Source: the human T2T-CHM13v2.0 reference genome, Homo sapiens. Taken from it: a stretch of DNA of 64,000 nt. The position numbers and the translations under genes were made by a program. Position 1 is the stretch's first letter. The number at the start of each line of letters is the position of its first letter. Shown one piece after another: positions 13,832-32,749 of the stretch. The stretch lies in assembly GCF_009914755.1 (NCBI RefSeq), contig NC_060947.1; one strand, written 5' to 3'. Under the pieces are notes generated by a model. The model searched no databases, was not told the origin of the DNA, and saw only the letters and a list, made by a program, of their open reading frames with translations.

Positions 13832-15967
13832 AGAACATTTCCCATATGCACTGTAGATGTGGGAAGGAAGGCACACAGCCAAGCAGGGCTAGCAGGATGC
13901 TACTACCCTAATAGAGTTTACCTTAATACATTTATCCTGCTCTAAGTCTGGCTCTCAGTTGCCAAAATCTATGAGCTTTATCTCAGAGAGCCTGATTCAC
14001 ACTAACCCACAAGGGACTAAAACACCCCAATATGCTTCATGATTAATTTTTTATTGCAAAATATAACTATCATGCAGACATTTTATGCTTATCTGTTTAA
14101 CCAGTACATTTTTTTTCCTTTAGACATGCTATAGGGGATAACCATCCCAAGATAGTTTGAGATTTATGGAGTTAGAGCAAAGAAAGAGGACTTGAATGTT
14201 AAAATGGAGTCAGGTTTATTAGCCTGACAATTGCGGGGTTTGAAGAGTCAAGATATTTTGGATATTTATCAAGATTCAAGGGGACCCTCTCCCCAGCACA
14301 GTGTGTAGAAAGGCACTACCCACTACTTAGCTCACTCTGCTTTTTTCTAGGGCTTTGCTGCTGGCCAATCTTTGTTTCTGACTGACACTAGGGTTTCCAA
14401 GAGGCCTCTGTAGGCAATTGCCTGCATCAAGGCCATGGGGTCTTTGCATGTGGAATGTTTCAATACAGAAGGGCTGGATAGGCAATGCAATTTGTAAACA
14501 AATCAGCAAGTAAAGTAGTGCTAAATTAAAATTTGGCTGGCTCTTCTTATAAAGTTGATTATATCATTACACTGCTGGCACACCAATTTTATTTTGGAGT
14601 TATACCTCTAAGACAAAGGATTAAGGAAAATTTCACAACTATTTGAACAACCATGGTCTTCCAATGAACCACAAGGTAATAAATCATTGTGTCAGTGTTG
14701 TATTCACCTTTATATCTCCCCCAACTAATCCTTAATTGTCTAAGCAGTTTCAAGATAAAATTATACACACTAAATAAAATGTAAGCACAAGCATGTAAAT
14801 AATATCACCGTAGACCACCATTCTTGTCAAACTTAGCCTGTGTACATTTATCCATATGCATTTATTGCTATCCAGGTTATTGCAACGGAGTAGCAGTTTT
14901 CAAGGGGGCAGGGGTTGCTTCAGAATCACCTGGTGGGGTGAGAATAATAGCCTCCTGCATTTTTTTACATCCTAACCAGAAGAAGAAGTTCTCTCATATT
15001 TATTTAAAATTCCTGGTTTATTTGTTAGTATTTCTACCACAGTTGGTACATGGTTTCCAGTTTCTTCTTTTTCTTTTGAGGCATCTGTCCTCTTCAGATG
15101 CCTGGTTATTTGGGCCTATGAACTCACATTCCCATGGAGGTACCGGCTTCTTTGCCTCATAATATCTACAGGTAATGGCTGAAGGCCAGGCCAGCCCCTG
15201 AATCTGGGTCAACTCCAAAGTTCAAGGAGAGTAAAAAGGAGTCCTAGGTCTGAGCACCACAGAAACCAGGGTTAATCAGTCCTGTTTGTTCTCATCCCAT
15301 CAAACAAATACCCAAATCAGGAACATACCTTTGAACCCTCAGAGACAGTAGCACTTGGAGAAGGAGGTCCTCATAGGTGGCATTCCATCAGCTTGGTGGG
15401 TTTGTATGGGCAGGCGTGATTGCCTGAGGCCAGGCAGTCTAACCTGTTTTCATTCACCTGTCACCCAAGAGCCTCTGGGCTCTGCTTAACATCACTCGCA
15501 TGTCCCCACGCAACCTTAGTTTCATCTGGCTTGAGTGTATCCCTCAAGAGAAGTCCTGCATTTGCTTTTGCCAGGAGCTCTAAAAATGTCCCAGCCTCGG
15601 ACCATTTTTTATATTAATATCTCAACCAGGAGTATCTCAACCATTTTTTATACTAATATCTCAGGACTGCCAGACCACACAGGTAATATAAATTCAGATT
15701 ATGACCCACATGAGAAAAGGCAGTTATTATTAATTCTCATAGGGATATGTTTTTTTCATTCAAAGCTCAGGCAAAGGCAGACAAATTTCTTCATTTTCTA
15801 CCTCAGCTGATCGATGACTTTTCTTTCTACTCAGCTGTAGCCCTTCCAGACTCCCAACTCTAAACCAGATTCTTAGTTCCAATTCCCCATCTTGTCTTTC
15901 TACAACCTTGTCTCCTGACCCTCAAAGCTATTAAAACCCAAGCTCCTTGTTTACAAAAATCAGGGTA

Positions 15968-16554
15968 CAGTAAGTCCTCACTTAACATGGTCCTTAGGTT
16001 CTTGAAAACCATGTCTCTAAGCAAAAACAATGTAGTATAATGAAATCAATTTTACCATAGGCTAATTGATATACAGTTAAGTTCCTACAGCATATTTCTG
16101 GTCACAAAAACATCATCAAACTTCTAAATAAAGACCAAAGCACTTCTAATATGAAACACTGGAATATGTGTGAGCTATACATACATTTAAGAAAGATTAA
16201 TAAAAATAAATAAGATAATCATTTACCCAATGATTCCAGTTCAGGGTCATAGGTGGCTGGAGCGTGTCCCAGCAGCTTAGTGCACCAGGTGGGAGCCAGT
16301 CCTGGCCAGGACGCCATTCCATCACAGGGCCACTCACACACATCACACTCACTCAGACAGGTACCATTTAGACACACCAATAAACTTGACGTGCACAGCT
16401 TTGGGATGTGGGAAGCACCCAGAGAAACCCCATACAGACATGGAGAGGACATGCAGACTCCACATAGATGGTGACCCAGCCCAGAATCCATTTTTTTCTC
16501 TCATCAATGTTATTATAGTAAAAGGATGAAACAATGATATTCAAAGACCTGCTG
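15968..16554 (-). mobile_element. MER6A-like non-autonomous TcMar-Tigger DNA element
   Basis: TA|CAGTAAGTCCTC ... AAGACCTGCTG termini; internal GTGTGGAGT..GCATGTCCTCTCCATGTCTGTATGGGGTTTCTCTGGGTGCTTCCCACATCCCAAAG on the minus strand, as recalled for MER6. Confidence 0.7.
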
Positions 16555-17410
16555 CAGTCTCTTCCACTGCCAAGGGAAACAAGGTATCAGCACCTGCTTA
16601 TTAATGTGGAATTGTAACTCCAGCTCTCATTTTGTCCCTAAACAATTTCCCTTACAATTCGAACTATGCATTTAAAAGGATATTTCCCTTATTTTATCCA
16701 GTACTTCTCGGCGTTCTGTAGCAGAAGGGTTTTCAGATTATTCAGTCTGCCATGTGGCCCAAAGTAGAAGACCTATTGAAGTCTAGGAAGTATGTAAACA
16801 TAAATATGACCACACTTCAGCCTTAGAATTCCAGGCTTGCATCTAGTAATTCTAATGTGCATCTGTGCTTAAGACTCAATGCGAGAGAAAATAATAAGCT
16901 TGGATCATTATATCATTCGAGGAGACTGTTCATATTTTGCTGGAAAATAATCTTAGACTATTTTTCAAAAGAATGAAACCTTTCTTGGCATCTACAAAGA
17001 TAAAATGCTTTTGCTACAAGTGATTGCCTTTTGGTAGTTAGTTCCTTTTATAGCTAATTGTATGCAGAAGATTTTGTTGAAATTATGTATTATTATATAG
17101 TGGACAATTTCATTTTCTGAAAGGGTAAGAAAAAAATAGATGTTTACATCATGTTTCCTGCATGGAAAATTTCTTTGGCCAAAATTTTGCTGAGCTCTGA
17201 AAACATTTTAAAACTTTTATTATCATTTGCTTTGGCCTGTCAATATGCTGTAAGCCAGTATCACAGCATTTGAACTTTGGCAGTTTTTTAGCTGAATGAA
17301 TAATAATTCAGCAATTTTTAATTGTGTCACTGATAACTAAACAAGTAGATGAAAAATTTTAAGTACCAAATACAGCCGCTGTCTCGTTTGCAATTCTTAC
17401 TAAAACCCAT

Positions 17411-18237
17411 TGTCTTATCCATTTTGTGTTGCTATAAAGGAATGCCTGAGGCTGAGTAATTTATAAGGAAAAGAGATTTATTGGGCTCACAATGCTGCAC
17501 GCTGTACAAGAAGTATGGCATTGACATCTGCTTCTAGTAAAAACCTCAGGAAGCTTCCACTCATGGTGGAAGGTGAAGGGGGAGCAGATGTGTCACATGG
17601 CAAGAGAGAAAGCAACAGAGAGACAGGAGGGGTACCCACACTCTTTTAAACAATCAGCTCTTGCATGAACTAATAAAGTGAGAACTTACTCATTATTGAT
17701 AAGACAACACCAAGCCATTCATGAAGGATCCACCCCTATGATCCAAACACCTCCCACCAGGCCCCATTTCCAACATTGAAAATCAAATTTCAACATCAGA
17801 TTTGGAGAGGAAAAATAGCCAAAATATATCACCCATTAAATCCAAATGAATAAAATGCCCATTGTAAATATTGTACAGAATTTACACAGAAGGTATGCTA
17901 TGGTTTGAATGTTTTTTCCCCTCCAAAACTCATGTCGAAATTTGGTTGCCATTGTGGCGGTGTTGAGAGGTGGGAATTTGGGGAGGTGATTAGGCCAAAA
18001 GGGCTCCACCCTCATGGGTGGGATTAATGCCATTTTAAAAGGGTGAATTTGGTCCCCTCTTGCTCTCTTGCCCTTCCATCTTCCATCATGTGAGGACATA
18101 ACAAGAAGATCCTCACCAGATGCTGGCATCTTGATCTTGATTTCCAGCTTCTAGAACTGTAAGAAAGTAAATTTCTGTTCTTTGTAAATTACCCAGTCTG
18201 TGATATTCTGTTATAGCAACACAAAAAGAGTAAGACA
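17411..18237. mobile_element. Two adjacent MaLR LTRs in opposite orientation (about 17411-17830 minus, about 17896-18237 plus)
   Basis: TGTTGCTATAAAGGAATGCCTGAGGCTGAGTAATTTATAAG motif; TGCTATGGTTTGAATG ... AAATTACCCAGTCTG ... TAAGACA. Confidence 0.7.
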
Positions 18238-18328
18238 AGGTGCAAGCTACATTTTTCAAGTGATCTATCAGAATAACTGTTGACACAATTTATGCTTTAT
18301 ATAAAAGTAATAAAAATTAAATTTTTTA

Positions 18329-18938
<610 letters not shown>

Positions 18939-19362
18939 AAATTAGCTTTCTGCAAATTCTTTTACTTATCAGATAATATTAGAAAATAAATGTAAAATTT
19001 TCTTTTCTGTTATTTTGTTTTGACAATCCTCATTACCATATCAAGGGGGTATGTTCTTGCTCCAAATTGAACCAATTAAAAATCCATATTCCATGCATCA
19101 TGAGAAGTGTTTTACAGGAGGTATCTCATTTATTCCTTACAAGAAACACCTGCTAATATTATCCACATTTTTACAAATGAGAAATGAAGTAACTTGCAAG
19201 ATTATACAACCAATATGCAGTAGAGTTGCAATTTGAACCCAGGCCATCCAACTCTAGAGCCTTTATGTCTAACAACAAAACTATACTGCCAGTTACATTT
19301 TAAAAATTAAACACACACACACGCACACGCACACACACACAAAGTAAGAAATCTACATCAGA

Positions 19363-23625
<4,263 letters not shown>

Positions 23626-24289
23626 TTATACAATGTTGTGAATATATATACATGCCACTGAATTGTACACCTAAAAATGGTTAAAATGCAAATTTTTATG
23701 TTATGTAAATTTTACCACAATTTTTAAAAAACAAGTTCATAGGGACTTCCATTCCCAGCAATATAGCCTATTAGCCACCCTGAAAAAACCCTCCTAGTAC
23801 AAAAATACCCAAAATATAGAATAACATATTTAAAATATTTCACAAATGCGTAGTTGCTATAGTAGAAAGTAAGGGAAATCCTTAGAGGTAAAAAAAAAAA
23901 AAAAAAAGCAAGATTAAAAAAACACAAATCCAGAGAGGTAAGAGAGCTCTAAAGCTGGTGGCTTCCCTGACGTCATCTGCTGATCATAGGTGTTCCAGAG
24001 CTGCTGCTGTAACAGGCCATCTTTGGGGACAGAAGATAAAGCTCAGAGACTTAGAAACTGGACCCTCAGAGGGTGAACCAGAACAAACCCAATTCATTCA
24101 CCTGTTCTTCATATGACATATTTCCCAGATCTTTTACCACCCCTCCCCACCTCCACAGACTTCTTTTGGGTACCTTCTGGTTTGTCTCAGTATTCCTCTT
24201 AAGGAATAATGGCCATAACTGGAAACAGTGATGCGGATATGGCTAAACTTATACAGAATAGAGTGGGATTATTGCCACTGTCAATTGGT

Positions 24290-24880
24290 GTATTAATTAT
24301 CCACTGTTGAATAACAAATTACTCCCAAAACTTAGTGGCTTGAAATAACATTTATGATCTCACCATTTCTGTGGGTCAGGAATCCATACAACGTAGCTGG
24401 GTCTTCTGGCTCAGGGCCTCTCACAAGGTGGAAGTCAAGGTGTTGGCTGCAGTGGCAGTCATCTCAAGGCTCAACTGGGGAAGGACCTGCCTCTGAGTTC
24501 ATTCATGTGGTTGTGAGCAGGACTCAGTTTATCACAGGCTATTGGTCTGGGGGCCTCAGTTCGTCACTGGCTGTTGGCCAGAGGCTGCCTTCAGGTCCTT
24601 GCCACATGGGCCTCTCTAGAGAACAGCTCACGACATAGTAGCTCGCTTCATCAGAGCAAGCGAGGAAAGCCAGAGAGAGAGAGAGAGAGCAAGCAAGCAA
24701 GACAGAACTCACAGTCTTTTATAACCAAATCACAGAAGTAATAGCCTATCACTTTTGCCATATTCTATTTGTTAGAAGCATATCACTTGGTCCAGCCCAC
24801 TCATACAGAGCGTGGATTACATAAGGCATGAATAACAAGAAGCAAGGATCATGAGGAGCCATTTCAGAAGCAGCCTATCA
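24290..24880 (-). mobile_element. Old MLT1-type MaLR LTR
   Basis: AACAAATTACTCCCAAAACTTAGTGGCTTGAAATAAC ... TCTGTGGGTCAGGAATCC, a characteristic MLT1 end; a related element lies at about 5205-5750. Confidence 0.6.
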
Positions 24881-25286
24881 CAACTGGACACCATGCTTCT
24901 GATCCTGAACCTAAAACTATGACCTAAAAAGAAAGCCCGCATGAATGATTTACTTTAAGTGACCTCAGGTTAGTGAGGCCCCTAAGTATTTGGCAAAAGC
25001 AAACAATCATCATCTCTGCAAGAACTTACTTTAAGCCCAGGCACCAAGTGCTTGCACAACCACATGAAGGTCCAATAAACATAAGTTCACAATGGAAAAG
25101 AAAAAAACATAAGTCACTATGAGTGACAGTTAGCAGAAACAAAGGACCATACCTGCAGATACTATAGACACTGGAATTATCAGATACACAATATATAATA
25201 AGATGTTTAATATGTAGAATTGAAAATACGACTGAGGAACAAAAGGGTTTTTAAAAATAGCAAATCATTTCTGAAATGAAAACAAT

Positions 25287-25318
25287 ATTGCTTCTCAACT
25301 TTTTGGCTAAGATCAAGT
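25287..25318 (+). pseudogene. 3'-truncated (tailless) U2 snRNA retropseudogene
   Basis: ATTGCTTCTCAACTTTTTGGCTAAGATCAAGT matches U2 nt 1-32 (ATCGCTTCTCGGCCTTTTGGCTAAGATCAAGT) at 28/32; flanked by imperfect TSD AAATGAAAACAAT / AAATGAAACCAAAT. Confidence 0.85.
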
Positions 25319-25451
25319 AAAATGAAACCAAATATAATTTCTAGAAATAAAAAATAAAATAGTTGAAATTAGAAATCAATAGCCTGGTGGCTGGGCGTGG
25401 TGGCTCATGCCTGTAATCCCAGCACTTTGGGAGGCCGAGGCAGGCAGATCA

Positions 25452-25719
<268 letters not shown>

Positions 25720-27408
25720 TCAGACACAGTTGAAGTGAGAATTAAGAAACTGAAAGATAGATTTCAAGAAATTACTCAGAATGCAGCAAGGGAAAGACGT
25801 GGAAATTCCAAAGAGAGGGCAAAAGGCACAGAAAATAGAGAAGGTTTTATATATAATTGGACTTTCAAAATGAAATTAAAGAACAAGCAAGAGAATATTC
25901 AAAGAGAATGACAGCTGGGCAAGGTGGCTCACATCTGTAATCCCAGTACTTTGGGAGGCCAAGGCAGGAGGATCACTTGAGACCAGCCCGGGCAACATAG
26001 CAAGACCCTGTCTCTAAAAAAAAAAAAAAAAATTAATCAATTTTTTAAAAATTAGCCAGGCATGGTGGCATGTGCCTGTACTTCTAGCTATTCAGGAGGC
26101 CAAGGCAGGAGGATTGCTTGAACCCAGGAGTTTGAGGCTACAATGAGCTATGATTGCACCACTCCCGCCTGGGTGACAATGTGAGACCCTGTCTCTGAGA
26201 AAGAAAAAGAAAATGGCAGAGAATTTACCATACGTGATGCAGACAACAAATCCTAAAATTCAGAAACTAAACTGTACTGGTTATTTACCTAGCTTTCAAC
26301 TCCACATCCATCCTTCTATTTCCTGCAAAATAATGCTAGGATGGGATGTCTTCAAAGCACTTTTCCAGGCTCTGTTAGTGGCTGGCTTCCCCCAAGGTTT
26401 CACCAATAATAGGCACTGGTCAGTAATCATAAGGTAGGAAAGGGGAATAGCAGTAGTTCTTCCCCTCTCTTTTTTGGTCTTTTCCTTCTGGTTCTAAACT
26501 CTCAGCAATAGCACTTCCTCCAACCATTCAGCCCCAGTAGCCCAACCATTGAGGAGATGGTGGTCCCTCCTCTTCCCTTCTAGATTCTGGTAATGTAACT
26601 TACTCTCTTTGATTCCTTGAGCCCTAGAGATGTGATAGCTACTTTCTGTATTTTCTAATCTCTGGGCTACCTCACCTTTGTTCCTCTTTCAACCTTTTGA
26701 CATATGTGTAGCTAATTCCCTTACAAAATCCTCCACATAAAAATTGTATACAAAATACAAAAAAATGTTTTAAAATACCTAGCATGGTTTCTTTTTCCTG
26801 CCTGGACTGTGACTCAAATACCAACAATTCCAATCAGAAAGAATAAAAAGAAATCCACACCTAGACACATCGAAGTCAAATTTAGATCATCAGAAAGAGG
26901 ACAGATTGCCTAAAAGAAGTGACTGGTGGATTGATGATGGACTTAACAGTAACAGTGGAAGCCAAAAAATAAGTACCATTCTCAAAGTGCTGAGGAAAAA
27001 CAACTGTCAGCCTAGAAGTACATACTCTATGAAACTATCATCTCAAAATAAGCGGGAAATCAAGATATTTTTCAGATAAAACTCAAGTGTTTTCCACAAA
27101 CTGAGACTCTCCAAAGAAATTTCTTAAAGATATACTTCCGGAAAAAGACAAATTGTCCCAAAAGAAAGGCCTGAAATGTTACCAGGCAATGGTGAGGAAA
27201 AAAAAAAAAAAAAAAAGAAGCATCCAGTTATCTAAAGAAATACTGCCTCTAACAAACAACAAAAATATCTTTTTATGTGCTTAAATAACATCAACAGAGA
27301 ACCAAAATACCAGAAAAAAATGACACGAAAGTCAGGAGTGGGGTAATGATCATTAAAGCTTCCAAAGGTCCTGATATTATTCAAGAGAATGCTAAGGGTA
27401 TTGACCAA

Positions 27409-27520
27409 TTTTAGACCATGCTGAGTTAAATAATAGAGATGCACCAAAGTTTAGTGCATCTCTATTATTTAACTCTAAACTTTGGTGCATCTCTATTATT
27501 TAGCTCAGCATGGTCTAAAA
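27409..27520. repeat. Long inverted repeat (46-bp arms, one mismatch) with a spacer that is itself an inverted copy of the left arm
   Basis: 27409-27454 is the reverse complement of 27475-27520; 27454-27475 is the reverse complement of 27423-27444. Confidence 0.95.
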
Positions 27521-28541
27521 GACCTGGCCTTGGGATCTGGGGTTTAGTTTCCCCCTCAGCCTTGCCTTTAGAAATCCAATTAGCCAGATGCCTACTTTGA
27601 CATCATTTCTGGCATCCCTGAAAAGTTGCACAACCAGTTATCATATGATTGAGTAGGTACTATCATATTTAATTAGTGAAACAATGTCTGTAATATGAAT
27701 AAGGTATGCCACTTGGATGAATTGAAAATACTTTAATATTTACTTTTGAATATACATAAACATGCTAAGAATAACTTGGAGTGAAATTTTTCTGTATGAG
27801 CTTTCTACGTTTATATCTATCACTTGAATCAAAAAATGTTATTCATTGGTTCAGTATACTCAGTACTGAAGAGTAAAATGCTGCAATAATTATGATTTTT
27901 AATACTATTGACATAGAGAACCAATTATTAACAACCAGCATTGCTCAGCTTTTGCTATGTTATGCTGCAGCAACAAACCCTAAAATAAACAACTATATTT
28001 AATTTTGTGTTTCTTAATTCCACTTAGGCCATAAGTCTTACAAGAAAAAGTATTACTAGGAAATTCTTCACATCTTGCAAGGGTAAATTTAAAGCAGAAT
28101 TTTAGCTTTGCCACCTTAAAATTTCACAAGCAGGAAAAACCCAAAAATCCTGCTCTTAAGGTGAAAGCGAACATCTATTTATGTGGTACATAACACTGGC
28201 ATTAAGGTCAGGCACAGTGGCTCACACCTGTAAATCCCAGTACTTTGGGAGGCCAAGGTGGGAGGATTGCTTGAGTTGAGGAGTTTGAGACCAGCCTGGG
28301 CAACAAAGCGAGGCCCTCATCTCTACAAAAACATTTTTAAAAAATTAGCCAGACATGGTGGCATGCACCTGTGGTCCCAGTTACTTCGGAAGCTGAGCTG
28401 GGAGGATCACTTCCCCAGAAGGTTGAGGCTGAAGTGAGTTGTGATAGTGCCACTGCACTCCAGCCTGGGCAACAAAGCAAGACACTGTCTCAAAAAAAAT
28501 AAAAAAATAAAAGATAAAAAATAAATTAAAAAAAAACACTG

Positions 28542-29568
28542 TGTGAAAAGAAAATAAATCTTGGGACCCCAAAATCACTAAGCCAAAGGGAAAAGTCAAG
28601 CTGGGAAATGCATCAGGCAAACCTGCCTCCCATTTTGGTCCTAAATAAGATAGCTACATAGATGTTTTTTTAAAAAGCTACATACCTCCCTCATAACTGG
28701 CCCACAAGGAATTTCCCTAAAACAGTTCTATTGAATTTTACCTTGGTAATGTAAATTGATAGCTTATCTTCACAGGTGCAGGACAAAAAAGACAGAACTC
28801 AAAGTCATCCTGCGACTAACCTAAGACAAATGTTTATCTGATTGCTTCCTTTGTTTTTGTTTTTTGTGTTTTGTTTTAAGATGGAGTTTTGCTCTTTTGC
28901 CCAGGCTGGAGTGAAGTGGTGTGATCTCGGCTCACTGCAACCTCTGCCTCCCATCCCACCCCCATGCCAGGTTCAAGCGATTCTCCTGCCTCAGCCTCCC
29001 GAGTAGCTGGGATTATAGGCACCTGCCACCATGCCTGGCTAATTTTTGTATTTTTAGTAGAGATGGTGTTTTGCCATGTTGGCCAGCCTGGTCTCGAACT
29101 CCTGATCTCAGGTGATCCACCTGCCTCGGCCTCCCAAAGTGCTAGGATTACAGCCATGAGCCACCCCACCTGGCTGGATTGTTTCCTTTGTTTATGTAAA
29201 AATGCAGTCACTGAATCGGACTAAGGCATGTGACTATTTCTCTACCCCCTGCAACGTGTAAATCGTGTATTCAGCAAAAGACTGATCAAAGACCCCAGAG
29301 AATGCAGCCTTTAGTCTCTTATCTACCTATGACCTAGAAGCCACCACTTCGAGTTGTCCCGCCTTTCCGGACCAAACCAATGTACATCTTACACATACTG
29401 ATTGCTATTTCATGTCTCCCTAAAATATATAAAACCAAGCTGTGCCCAACCACCTTAGGCACGCGTCGTAAGGACCTCCTGAGGCTGTGTCACAGGTGCA
29501 TCCTTAACCTTGACAAAACAAACTTTCTAAGTTAATTGAGACCTGTCTCAGATACTTTTGGGTTCACA
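28542..29568 (+). mobile_element. MER4A-like solo LTR (ERV1) interrupted by a minus-strand Alu (about 28851-29174)
   Basis: Starts TGTGAAAAGAAAATAAATCTTGGGACCCCAAAATCACTAAG, ends GGTTCACA; 4-bp TSD ACTG. Confidence 0.85.
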
Positions 29569-30962
29569 ACTGTTTACTTCCAGGCATGTTCTTCTCTACT
29601 TCCAGGTATACAGGGGATTACACTTTCCCTGCCCTTTTTAGTTAGGCACAGCTACTTGACTAGTTTTGATAATGAAACATGAATAGAAGTAATATGTGAA
29701 TATCTGAGCTATAGCATTTCACTGCCAGTGGTAGACTCCCTAGTCCACTTCTTTCCCTGCCTTGGCGAACCCTAAGCATCATCTTGTGATGTGGACATGA
29801 TAAAATGGTGGAGTCTCCATCAGCCTGCTACCCTTCTACCTGCATGTCCTGCCAACTAGCACACACAAAAAATAAATCTTTGTTGTTTTAAGCCACTTGG
29901 ATTTTAGGGTTGGTTTCCAAAGCATAAGCTAGGTTATACTGACTGTTGCAAATTAATGCCATAAATGTAGACTATAATGATCCCAGAAGCAAACTATCAG
30001 CTCACACTGATGAGAAATACATATTTCTGAATGCCATGTCAAACTTTAAAAATTTAAATAGCAATACTTTATAATTGAAAAATAAAAATTGTATATATTT
30101 ATCATGTACAACATGCTATTTTGAAATATGCATACATTGTGTAATGACTAACTGAATACTAATATTTTCAATAAAACTAATATAAACATTTAATTTTTAA
30201 TTTTTATATTTCATGTATTTTTTATCGCTGAAGTTTATTATATGATGGTGATATTCTGCTTCAGCCAAATAGTGACTTTTAACATGCAGCTGCTTTGCAT
30301 TCAGCCAATATATGTATATTCCGTGCCCCTCTAAAAATAATATACATACAAATGATATAAATTAAATCTTGGTTATGTGTCCTTTACTTAAAATACATAC
30401 TTCACAGAAACCTGAAACAATTTGTAAATTAAGTCACAAATTTATTCTAAGGAAGAATACCTTGATCTTCTAGAATTCAGGCATTTTTTGCTGCCACCTT
30501 GCATCCTCTATCTTGTCTCTTCTGCTGCCACCAGCTGGCTTCCACTACTGCTAAATTTCAGCAGCCAGCAGGATTCAATTCAGTGCTTTGTTTTGACTGC
30601 TGAGTCCCTGATGAAAACACCAAGTCAGTTGAATAACTAAATTTTTAGGCTGGAAACAGAAAAGCACAACCAACGCATTTCCTGTGTACTTTGGGCTATC
30701 AGATAGCCACATGGTAGCTGGTACTTGTCCCAGTAAGTGGTCCAGACAAGGCTGCGGGCTAACAAAAGAGAAGACATTTCGGTTCTTAAGTTAATATTCT
30801 GCTCCCAGAGAAGAATATTGTTAAAAACTATAGAGTCATTATATAAGAACAGACAAAGGTCAGAACAAACACAATAGTGTATCCATAGCCTCAGTATATG
30901 GCCAGGCGTGGTGGCTCACACCTGTAATCCCAGTACTTTGGGAGGCAGAAGCCGGCAGATCA

Positions 30963-31202
<240 letters not shown>

Positions 31203-32749
31203 TCAGTATAGTGTTAAGCTTTTAATAACTTCAGGAGTATAAATTATATGAACTCATACATTATTTGAAAGTAAAATTATTTAACTGTATTAACTATAAA
31301 ATTATTTAACTGCCTATTTGGTTTGTGAATTTTTGAACAGAAAATGTGTTTTAATTTTTTGTTTCAGTCAATGTTTGCCATCTTCCGTTAAAGGGACTAA
31401 AAAATTTAAAAATGTTCAAAATTCACAAAATAAAATAAACATATAAGAAATTTAAATAAACCTTCAAGTGACTTTTTGCAAGTTGGTAGCATTAATACTT
31501 CAGAAATTATTAAAGCTTAAAACAGCACTAAGTCTTTTGGGATACTTGTATATGGAAAACTGTGGAGTAACAGGGTGCTTGAATACAAACTTTTATAATT
31601 TACACCCAGCTATGTCCAAAGAAAACGGAAATAATTTATAACAACACATACACACACAAATAGGCAAAGATATGTAAAACAGTCATAAGCTGTCTTGAAG
31701 CTGGAGAAACATGTCCCTAAGTGAGTAAAACTTTAGGAAAAGCAGGGAGAATGAGGCAAATTAGTAGCAATATTTGTAATATAGGTTTCTGGTATTATTG
31801 TATATTTTCACTTGGAAGGGGGTTGAGGATACATTTTTATTTGGGATACTTGTTCTTGAGATAGTATTATGTTCTCAATATTTTGGTATTAGCATTATTA
31901 TAGCTAATGATGCTTTTCCAGAAAAGTTGAAACAAATAACTTTTAAAGATGCACATAAATAGAACGTAAAAAAACCCCAATAAATAGTTTTCTTTTCTCT
32001 TAGAGATTATCTAGTTCAGTGGTTCTCAACCTTGGCTGCACAGTGCAATGACTTGAGGAGCTTAAAAAGTATAAATGCTTGGGTCCCACTGAGCATCTGA
32101 TTTAATTGGTCGAGGATACAGAACGGGCATCGGGAATTTTAAAAGACCTTGGTGATCCTAAAGTGCAGGTAAGGTTGAGAACTGCTGCTCTAGTTCAATA
32201 TATAATCAGGTATACATTAACGTTAAAATGTGTAGGTGTTCAGAGTTCTGATTTTTAACCATAGCACCATCTCAAATATTATAAAAGGTTGAAAAAAGAG
32301 CCTAATTTAATCAACATGGATAAATTTCAAAAAGCATGTTGAACGATACAAGCCAGACACAAAGAGTACTTATTGCTTTCTATTTACATAAAGTTAAAAA
32401 TAATCAGAACAGGGGGAGGGGCTACTGACTAGGAAGGGACGCAAGAAGGAAATTCCTGAGAGGGAAATTTTCTCCATTTTGATTAGGGTACACGTATATA
32501 TATATATATATATATTTATCAAAACTCACAGAAATGGACAATTGAGCTCTGTATGTATGATTTCATTACATGTAAATTTACACTTCAGTAAAAAGGATAA
32601 ACAATTAAATCTGGATATCTATGACAGGGTCGGGGAGGGAGAGATTATTACTTCAGACGACCCCAAATCCTCATGGGTTAAAAGAAACAGCAAACCCCTG
32701 ACCAGAACTGGCGAGAATGGAGAGTAGACAGCAGGGAGGGCCAAAGCCT

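Noticed and set aside
14820-15220. Possible minus-strand terminal exon or processed-pseudogene fragment (YEAKKPVPPWECEF..., AATAAA near 14861-14866)
   Set aside because: I could not recognise a parent protein, and there is no tail or TSD; blastx/blastn would be needed.
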